In this document: positions 54,833-64,000 of the stretch, piece after piece
How the letters are laid out: every line of letters begins with the position of its first letter
Numbering within the stretch: the first letter of the stretch is position 1
Assembly: GCF_006345805.1 (NCBI RefSeq)
Contig: NC_043013.1
Location: 43,710,001-43,774,000 of the forward strand
Length of the DNA: 64,000 bases
Direction of reading: 5' to 3'
Source: Octopus sinensis
Lineage: Eukaryota
Position numbers and translations under genes: made by a program
The notes under the pieces: model-generated
The model's input: only the letters and a program-made list of their open reading frames with translations
The model's database searches: none
Told to the model about the DNA's origin: nothing

Positions 54833-55639
54833 GTGTGTGTGTGTACATATATGTGTGAATTTCTCTTGACATCACGTGATAGTTGTAATCGAGCATCACC
54901 GTCCTACAAGCGTTATTCGTTTCTAAACTTCCTTGAGAAATCATGTCTGATCACGGGAGTAAAATCTTGCTTGTAAACAAGTGAGGGTTAGTAACAGAAA
55001 GCGCATCCAGCTGTAGAAAATCTGCCTCAGCGAATTACGTCTGAGCCATGCAAGCATGATAGAGTGGACGTTAAAACGACGACGATGATGATGACGAAAA
55101 GAGAGGCCGTGAAATTATAGTATTTGACAGTTTATTCCTCAATTCTCTGTGAAAATAAGGGTTATCGATGTTAAAATGAAAATTATCATCTGACTTTAGT
55201 CGAGCAAATCGACCGCAGGACTTATTCTTTGTAAGCCTAGTACTTATTCTATCGGCCTCTTTTGCCGAACCGCTAAGTTACGGGGACGTAAACACACCAG
55301 CATCGGCTGTGAAGCGATGTTGGGAGCACAAACACAGACATATACACAAACATACATACGACGGGCTTTTTTTCAGTCTCCGTCTACCAAATCCACTCAC
55401 AAGGCTTTGGTCGGCCCGAGAATACAGCAGAAGACACTTGCCCAAGGTGCCACGCAGTGGGACTGAAACCGGAACCATGCGGTTCGTAAGCAAGCTACTT
55501 ACCACAGAGCCACTCCTACGCCTATATGTTAAAAACAAAAATTATTTCTAAGTACTTTGACATGGGATTAACTAAAGAAGTTTTCATGTGAAATATTATC
55601 TAGGTTACTATGTTATACACCAAGCTCAAACCGTTAATG

Positions 55640-55870
55640 ATCCTACTTCTCTGGTCATGTGGTAAGAAGGTCTCGAGAAAGAATCGCTGGACAGGTTTTA
55701 CAGGGGTAGACCACGAGCAAGATGGTTGGATAACATCCTTAAGTTGTTTGGTCGCGCTTAAGGATCGAGCCAGTTCAATTGGAAACAATTGCTTCCGAAA
55801 GGACCCTGTGAAAGTCGTGCTTGACGACTCTGCCTCCACCACCATCCCAGGATTAAGTGGGTATGAAAAT
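55640..55870 (+). mobile_element. Degraded RTE-like LINE 3' end
   Basis: GHVVR ... RGRPRARWLDNI motif. Confidence 0.5.
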
Positions 55871-56044
55871 AGGATTTAATCCAAGTAGCCTTGTGAAATA
55901 TCTTTGATCTCTCCTTATAAAAATCTGAGGGAAAACTAAACTGGTCATTTAAAAATATTTCTTACAATACATCAAACGTTAACGAGAATAGGTCTCTTCG
56001 TTGTCGCTCGACCCCTAGAAATAGCACATATGTATCCCTCAAAC

Positions 56045-56245
56045 CAGTGCTTTTCAAACTTTTTGCTGGAGCGGAACCCCAAGGAAACATTTCACTGGCT
56101 CGAGGAACCCCTGTGCAATAATTTAATAGTCTTATGCACACATATCTGCACAGGAGAATCAAAAATTACTGCCGATTTTAACAGTTTTGTAACTTCTTGC
56201 GGAACCCCTGGACTGTACTGGCGGAACCCTGGTTGAAAACCACTG
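56045..56245. mobile_element. hAT MITE
   Basis: CAGTGCTTTTCAAAC / GGTTGAAAACCACTG TIRs, perfect 8-bp TSD CCTCAAAC. Confidence 0.9.
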
Positions 56246-56356
56246 CCTCAAACCATACTCTGTCTTAAAAAGAGAAAATATATAGGTCAATATCTAGAAC
56301 GTAGAAGTCATGGTTTGAGTGCCTATGATTATAGATCTGCTTGGTCAGAGCTCCCG

Positions 56357-56442
56357 CACACCTCGGATAAGACCAAATTTCTGTCACATGTTCTAATTTC
56401 ACACCTCGGATAAGACCAAATTTCTGTCACATGTTCTAATTT
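56357..56442. repeat. 43-bp perfect tandem duplication
   Basis: CACACCTCGGATAAGACCAAATTTCTGTCACATGTTCTAATTT twice. Confidence 0.9.
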
Positions 56443-57334
56443 TTGATAATTCATTCCCGAAATTACACAGGTCCGGGTTAAGATCCATAGAGGCCCTGAG
56501 CACTTAAAAGATCTTGAGGCCCCATATATATAAAATAAAGTTTGGGTTTTCAAAATGAAATAAAACTATCAGTAAGATGGAAAATGTTTATTTTTTTGTT
56601 TATTTATATTTGAAAAGTTTTCGCCTACTTTTTTAATTGGCTGTATTTTTAATTTAGTAGCTTGCTTACCAACCACATGGTTCCGGGTTCAGTCCCACTG
56701 CGTGGCACCTTGGGCAAGTGTCTTCTACCATAGCCTCGGGCCGACCAAAGCCTTGTGAATGGATTTGGTAGGCGGAAACTGAAAGAAGTTGTCGTATATA
56801 TATGTATGTGTGTGTATATGTTTGTGTATCTGTGTTTGTTCCCCTGCCCATCATCGCTTGACAACCGATGCTGGTGTGTTTACGCCTCCGAAACCTAGCG
56901 GTTCTGCAAAAGAGACCGATAGAATAAATACTGGGCTTACAAAGAATAAGTCCAGGGGTAGATTTGCTCTACTAAATGTGGTGCTCCAGCATGGCCGCAG
57001 TCAAATGACTGAAACAAGTAAATGAGTAATTGCAAAGTCTGATCAGATCCTTACTGACACTCTTCGAAATTATCTTAACAAATTTAAAGTGATTTTTTTT
57101 TTGTGCCCATAAACCATTTACCATTTCTGTGATGGCCCCTTCCCTCTATGCTTTAAGCACGTATTTATTTTGCTCAATGGTTAATCCAGCGCTATTTATA
57201 CATCTAAACTAAGAATTACCAGGTTAGATTTTCAAAAACCCCTAAAATTAAGATAGTTTGAAACCAGTGACGTAGAGTGTGTGCTATCCGGGGCAGCCTT
57301 GAGTTTTCTCCCTTCCCTGGTATAATCCCTAAAC

Positions 57335-57423
57335 CAGGATTTTCTTGTACATGCCTTGAGGTCGATGAGGGAGTCAAGGAATCCATGAAGGGGTCGATGG
57401 TCTGAAAAGTTTGGGAGCACCTG
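57335..57423. mobile_element. Very short hAT MITE (89 bp)
   Basis: CAGG...CCTG ends, TSD CCCTAAAC/CCGTAAAC. Confidence 0.55.
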
Positions 57424-58023
57424 CCGTAAACAGTAGACCAGAAGTGCCGGCTTCACAAAAGCATACCCAGGTGGGGGATCCCCACCCCATTTACGCTGCA
57501 ATTTGAAACCCATTTTTACGATTGTAAGACGAAGTAAAGACTGTTATCTAAAATCTCCCAAAATTGATTATCATTAGAAACTAGAAGCATTTCTTTACAA
57601 TTTAACCTCGATATATTTCCAGAATATTTTATCTGATTTAGAATTTTATATAGATCGATCTTCCGTGATTAAAATATCTCGACGGTTTAATGGTCTAATT
57701 CAGTGACTCGACCATTTCTTTTTCGTTTTTTACAAATGGATCGCCTTGGTTCCTATTTTGCTCTACTGGACCTCCATTGTCATTCGGTGTTTTAAAAATT
57801 CTGTTGTGTTTTTATAATTAAATATTATCAGGAATTTAGAAGACACTTGCCCCAAGTGCCATGTCGTGGGACTGAACCCGCAACCTTATGGTTGGAAAGG
57901 ATCCTTCTTACCACGCAGCCACGCCTGCACCGTGTAAAAAAAAAGTTTAAACTTTTTGCATATTGCAGAAATATAAGCGATTTCTTGCACGTAAACTTGA
58001 ACAAAATCATATGTGGACCCTCA

Positions 58024-58235
58024 TAAGGCGGCGAGTTGGCAGAAACGTTAGCCGTATTTCGTCTGTCGTTACGTTCCGAGTTCAAATTCCGCCGAGGTCG
58101 ACTTTGCCTTTCATCCTTTCGGGGTCGATAAATTAAGTACCAGTTACGCACTGAGGTCGATGTAATCGACTTAATCCCTTTGTCTGTCATTGTTCGTCCC
58201 CTCTGTGTTTAGCCCCTTGTGGGTAGTAAAGAAAT
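58024..58235 (+). mobile_element. tRNA-derived SINE, family B (representative)
   Basis: TAAGGCGGCGAGTTGGCAG...GAGTTCAAATTCC B box...GCCTTTCATCCTTTCGGGGTCGATAAA...AAAGAAATA. Copies at 7643-7866-, 17290-17525-, 17555-17765-, 20660-20872-, 23387-23620+, 34620-34855-, 60428-60570+. Confidence 0.9.
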
Positions 58236-59197
58236 ACATATATGGACCTTCACCACCACCAACGGTCATATGAACCCCGGTTGAGAAGCACTGGTCCATT
58301 AAACTGCATATAACCATTTTTTTATGCTAGAAACATTAGGACTTTGGCGCTCCTTGTTTCTGTGAGTCAAAACGAAAGAATGCCGGACTTTTCTTATATT
58401 TCTTATGGAAGAAACTTTCGACATGTTGCTTCTCAAAAGCCCAGTCCCAAGTCATCCAACACAATCCAATAATGTGCCGGATTTTCTTAGATCATATGAA
58501 GGCCGTTTTACAGGACACCACCTTGAGAATACTTCCGTAAACTTCGCTTTCATTTAGAATCATTGATAACGAGCCACCATGTACAAAAGGTTTTTCGTTC
58601 GCTTTGGGGTTTTTAGTCGAGTACTTTTTTAAGCGTGGGCAATATCTTTCGTTAAAAATAATTTTTATTTTGTTCGTTTCTTTATTTTTAATAATTTGAA
58701 CGAAACTATTCAATAATGAATATAAATTGGTGGGACCTACGTTGTACAGTAATACCTATGTTTGTGTTTAAAAAAAAACACCAAAATATTCAATAAGCGA
58801 TGGAGCGACAGAATAGTTAGAGGGCCATGACAAAATGTTTCTATGTAATTTAGTCACGCTTCTTTACATTCCGGGTTCGAACCACGCTGGGATCAACTTA
58901 GCCCTCCATCCTACAGAGATCGATGAAATAAAACACCAGACAAACTCTGGAGAATGTTTTGTATTCCTTCCTATAAAGCATCCCAGATACTCTTTTACTT
59001 ATTTCAGTCATTTGACTGCGGCCATGCTGGAGCACCGCCTTTAGTCGAGCAACTCGACCCCGGGACTTATTCCTTTTGTAAGCCCAGTACTTATTCTATC
59101 GGTCTCTTTTTTTTTGCCGAACCGCTAAGTGACGGGGACGTAAACACACCAGCATCGGTTGTCAAGCAATGCTAGGGGAACAAACACAGACACACAA

Positions 59198-59232
<35 letters not shown>

Positions 59233-59894
59233 CACATATATACGACGGGCTTCTTTCAGTTTCCGTCTACCAAATCCACTCACAAGGCATTGGTCGGCCC
59301 GGGGCTATAGCAGAAGACACTATAAAATTATATAATAGGGAACTAATTAAGAAAATATTCGATAATGACGAATATATATATAAAAATGACGAAAGTATTC
59401 GGAACTGAAAGCAAATCGATGACATTTCGCTTTTGTCCAAAAAGAAACTAGAAAGCTCGAATTCTAGAAACGAAAATTGCGTCATAGTCGCTGACAACGG
59501 ATATGACGCAACAAAAGCCTTAACGAAACGAGGCTACAGAATATTCTTTAAGTTGTTGATTTGGTTGCTGCTATGTTTTCCAGCTACAGACTTCCCTTCA
59601 ATTAACCCGATAATTATATCACTAAATCACAGTTGCCTTGTTGTTTTAGTCTCTCTCTGTCCCTCTCCCCCCTCTCTCCCTCTTTCTCTCTCTCTCTCCC
59701 CCCTCTCTTCTTGCTCATTCACTCTTTCCCTCCTCTCACTCCCTTACTGTTTCCGCTTATCCTTTGTCACTTAAAAGCTCTTACCATTTCTCCCGCGCTC
59801 TCTCTCTTCTCACTCATTCACTCTTTCTCTCCTCTCACTCCCTCGCTGTTTTCACTTACCCTTTATCACTTAAGTACTCACCATCTCTCTCTCT

Positions 59895-59940
<46 letters not shown>

Positions 59941-60300
59941 ACGAAATACCGCGTTCGGTAAAACGAAATTGTTTACATTCTAGAAACGATCATTTCAAAG
60001 TACAATTAAGAAAAGACAATCTCCCCATGAGTCACGCCTACGGTACAGTTTCGACTCCAGGCTGTGTAGAATTTCAAATCAATTACGTTAGCTATTCCCT
60101 TTAGATAAAAATCAACTTGCATGTTTCACAGATTGACACAGTGTTACAAATGCATTGCATTATTTATTTATGGCCTATTTAGACTCAGTTCATGTGAACT
60201 TCACCTTTCATCCTTCCAGTGGAATTACATGAAATACCAGCCAAATACTGGGGTTCATTTATATTTCTATAAATTCAGATTCCAGCTCATGGTGCAAGTG

Positions 60301-60340
<40 letters not shown>

Positions 60341-60349
60341 CCTTGTCTG

Positions 60350-60412
<63 letters not shown>

Positions 60413-61021
60413 GTGTGTGTATATATCGAGGTCGACTTTGCCTTTCATCCTTTCGGGGTCGATAAATAAGGTACCAGTTACGCACTGGGGTCGATGTAAT
60501 CGACTTAATCTCTTAGTCTGTCCTTGTTTGTCTCCTCTATGTTTAGCTCCTTGTGGGCAATAAAGAAATATATATATATATATATATACTCGTTTACTCT
60601 TTTACTTGTTCCAGTCATTTGACTGTGGCCATGCTGGAGCACTGCCTTTAGTCGAGCAAATCGACCCCAGGACTTATTCTTTGAAAACCTAGTACATATT
60701 GTATCGGTCCCTTTTGCCGAACCGCTAAGTTACGGGGGACATAAACATACCAGCATCGGTTGTCAAGCGATGTTGGGGGGACAAACTGACACACAAACGT
60801 ATACACACAAATACATATATATATATGTATATATACATATATACGACGGGCTTCTTTCAGTTTCCGTCTACCAAATCCACTCACAAGGCTTTGGTCAGCC
60901 CAAGGCTATAGTAGAAGATACTTGCGTAAGGTGCTACACAGTGGGACTGAACCCGAAACCATGTGGTTGGTAAGCAAGCTATTTACCACACGGCCACTCC
61001 TACACCTATTATATATACATA

Positions 61022-61196
<175 letters not shown>

Positions 61197-61767
61197 ACAA
61201 TCTAAGTAGCTAGTTAGAAAATCTCTCTAAGAAATGAAAGTAGAAGCTATACTGAGAAATATTGTTTGTCATCACTTCAACATGGCTGTTCTGTACAAAC
61301 CAATGTTATTACCATTTTTTAACCCCAAAAGGATGCCTCCTCTTGCTGGTTATCTATGCAATCTGCACCCAATACATATTGCAAGCAGGGGAGTAAACCC
61401 CTACCCATATTCCAGCAACTTAACAGGACCATCAGATCAGCCAGTTTTGGACTATTTTTGCCCACCTTCAGTGGTGGATACCTGTCCACTAAAGATAGCA
61501 GTTTAGATATATATATATATATATATATATAGGGAGAATTCACAAAAGAAAACAAAAGACGAAGACAGGTGGTGTAGACAACAAACAGATGTATTAGTTT
61601 AACGCTCGGGAAGTGAAAAAATATATATAATGTGTGTGTGTGCATAGATTATAGAATTCAATAGAATCTAGGCACTTCAACATGTAGGATGCCAGAAATG
61701 GCTAGGTACAATAACAGTGAGGAAAATCAACTATGAAGATATCAGGCATTGGTAGGATACTGTAGAT

Positions 61768-62115
61768 CAGTTATTCCCAACATAGGGGCTGGGAAAATTG
61801 TGGTGGGGCATGGAATACAAATTTTTAAAATTTTTTTTAGAGGGACATGGAATTGTGAAAGTCTTTTTTCCGCAGCAAACATACTACACTTATACTAAGC
61901 CTAGCCAAATCAATCTCTCTAGCAAATATACTGTATATAGACTGTTTGCTACAGTATAGCACTATTCTTATGCCCTAGAGTGGATATTTTTTTAAGGAAA
62001 GTATATAATTGTGAAATATTAAAAATGAAGTTGTTTTTTACCAACCACCAGTGGGGCATTCATTTTTCTGGAAAGTTATAGTGGGGCCTTGAGGAAAATA
62101 GGTTGGGAAACACTG
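61768..62115. mobile_element. hAT MITE
   Basis: CAGTTATTCCCAAC / GTTGGGAAACACTG TIRs, perfect TSD CTGTAGAT. Confidence 0.88.
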
Positions 62116-62699
62116 CTGTAGATATATTAGTACCAAATCCAATTTAAACTGAAGATCTAACTCAACACTAGTTCTAGGTGCAGTGTGATATTTACATATT
62201 TTCTACGAAGACTCTGGTTGGTCAAAGGATGATGAATAAAATGTGATGGATGGAAATTGTTTCTAAGTCCATTTGATGGACTGAACAATTTGTGTATGAA
62301 TACTTGATGCAATCTATTTTCAACTTTAGCATCACTACCTGGCCCTTGGGTGCCTTTAGGAGATTCCACTAAACTGCAAAATATTCTGGCCAAGTCTCTG
62401 TTCTAAACAGAATTGCTTTCCCCTTGTAGGTTCAGAAAAAGGGTGTGGTCACTACCCTTTCACTTCTTTCTATGCCACCATTGTAAAAAAAAATGAGAAG
62501 TTTTTCCTTTTTATTATTTTTTTTTGTCTAAGAAATTAGACTAATGGAAGTCTGAATTAGACATTTTACAACTTTTATTTATGCGTACAAATACAGGAAC
62601 TTTGGGCTAAATCTGACTGTTTGCATAAAAGGAAGAGAAAACACAATATCCCATCCAAAAATAAAAGTATTTTAAAAAACCAAAAAATATAAATCAATT

Positions 62700-62900
62700 A
62701 GATTATGGCTGGAAGATAATGGTTTACTCAAAGTAGCCACCCTCAGCTTCCACCACAGCAGCCTGGTGCATGCATTCCTCACAGTGTCTCTGGGAAGATC
62801 TTCAAACGCGTCCTTGATCTTGGCCACCAGGTCAACCTTGGTGTTTGCAGGCGGTGTGGTTGGTGCCTTTCTCAACTGTGCCCCATGCATAGTAATCCAT
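62700..62900 (-). mobile_element. Tc1/mariner transposase C-terminal relic
   Basis: NTKVDLVAKIKDAFEDLPRDTVRNACTR helix typical of DD(E/D) transposase C-termini. Confidence 0.5.
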
Positions 62901-63323
62901 TGAATTATAATTGAGAAAATAAGGAAGCCAGAAATTTGCGACTGGTAAAGTAGAAATTCCCCAACAACCACTTCTGATTCTTTCTGGAAGTATGGCAAGG
63001 AGCCGAATCTTGCTACCACATATGGATTTCCAACAGCGTCCATTCTAGCCAAGAATTGACAACACACTCCAGCAGCTTCACATAGCCATCTGAATTGAAC
63101 CTAAGGCTCTATTCAAAGATGTAAGGATGAATTCTGGCATACAAACACAGTCAGAATGCCTACTGTGTTGCTTCCTGCTGGCCACAGCTTCATTATTTCT
63201 GTTGCAGTGGTCCATGGATGCCCTTCCTAACACCAACCACTTTACATAGTGGACTGGGTGCTTTTACATGGCACTAGCACCAGCAAGGTCTGTTTTGGCA
63301 TGGTTTTCACAGCTGGATGCCCA

Positions 63324-63367
<44 letters not shown>

Positions 63368-63559
63368 AGATGTACTCGCATAGCAAGTAATTTGATCTGA
63401 GATCGTGTGCTGAAACGAAAACAATTGCAGCGTGGAAGGTGTTTATAAGCCATTTAAGAAACACACAAAAGCCGTTCGATTCACTTCAACATTTAAGTTT
63501 AATTTGTCAAAATATTTTCGTCGCTAAAATCCGCGACCTGTTCACTGACAAAGTCCGTG

Positions 63560-63613
<54 letters not shown>

Positions 63614-64000
63614 CAAGCTTCTTTCAAATCCACTTACAAGGGTTTTGTCAGCCTGAGACTATGCTAGAAGACACTTGCCCAAGGTGGCACATAATGGAAT
63701 TGAACTCAGAACCATGTGGTTAAGCAGCAAGCTTTTTACCTCACACACAGCAACTTAGTTGCTTTGAGATGCCATCCACTGCGTAAAGCCTAGTCTGTTT
63801 GGATTTTTAATGCTCACTCCATTGTATATATTTTCACTATTTTAACTATTCCACAACACGTTAGAGACTTGTATTTTTTTCACATGACCCTTTCCTTACA
63901 CAAATATTTGTAGGTGCAGTCATGTGAAACACACCTACAACTAATAAGTATAAATTCTGAGTAGTTACAATACACTATTATGAGTTTAGATAGGGAAACA

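Overview
Repeat-dense, AT-rich animal genomic DNA. The SINE families, microsatellite load and hsc70 intron pattern suggest an octopus or other coleoid cephalopod (inference). The one certain gene is a complete minus-strand cytosolic Hsc70/HSPA8-type gene: 6 coding exons at 50520->47817 giving 651 aa ending in GGMP repeats and EEVD, a probable non-coding first exon at 53088-53158 and an HSE/CCAAT/CRE promoter. A two-exon plus-strand ORF of unknown function (46159-47021, 142 aa) converges on its 3' end. The rest is mostly mobile DNA: tRNA-derived SINEs, a truncated Penelope-like element (RT + GIY-YIG), CR1-like and RTE LINE remnants, mariner/Tc1/Tigger/hAT/piggyBac relics and MITEs, and a Helitron. 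The most notable unexplained signals are a ~360-bp tandem array with a type I hammerhead ribozyme in each unit (retrozyme-like, with a U3-A8 compensated core), at least 7 further dispersed minimal hammerheads, a 33-bp repeat whose recurrent variation is synonymous in a Tyr/Lys/His-rich frame, and unusual duplicated or dual splice sites in hsc70. Most ORFs in the supplied track are microsatellite or SINE artefacts.
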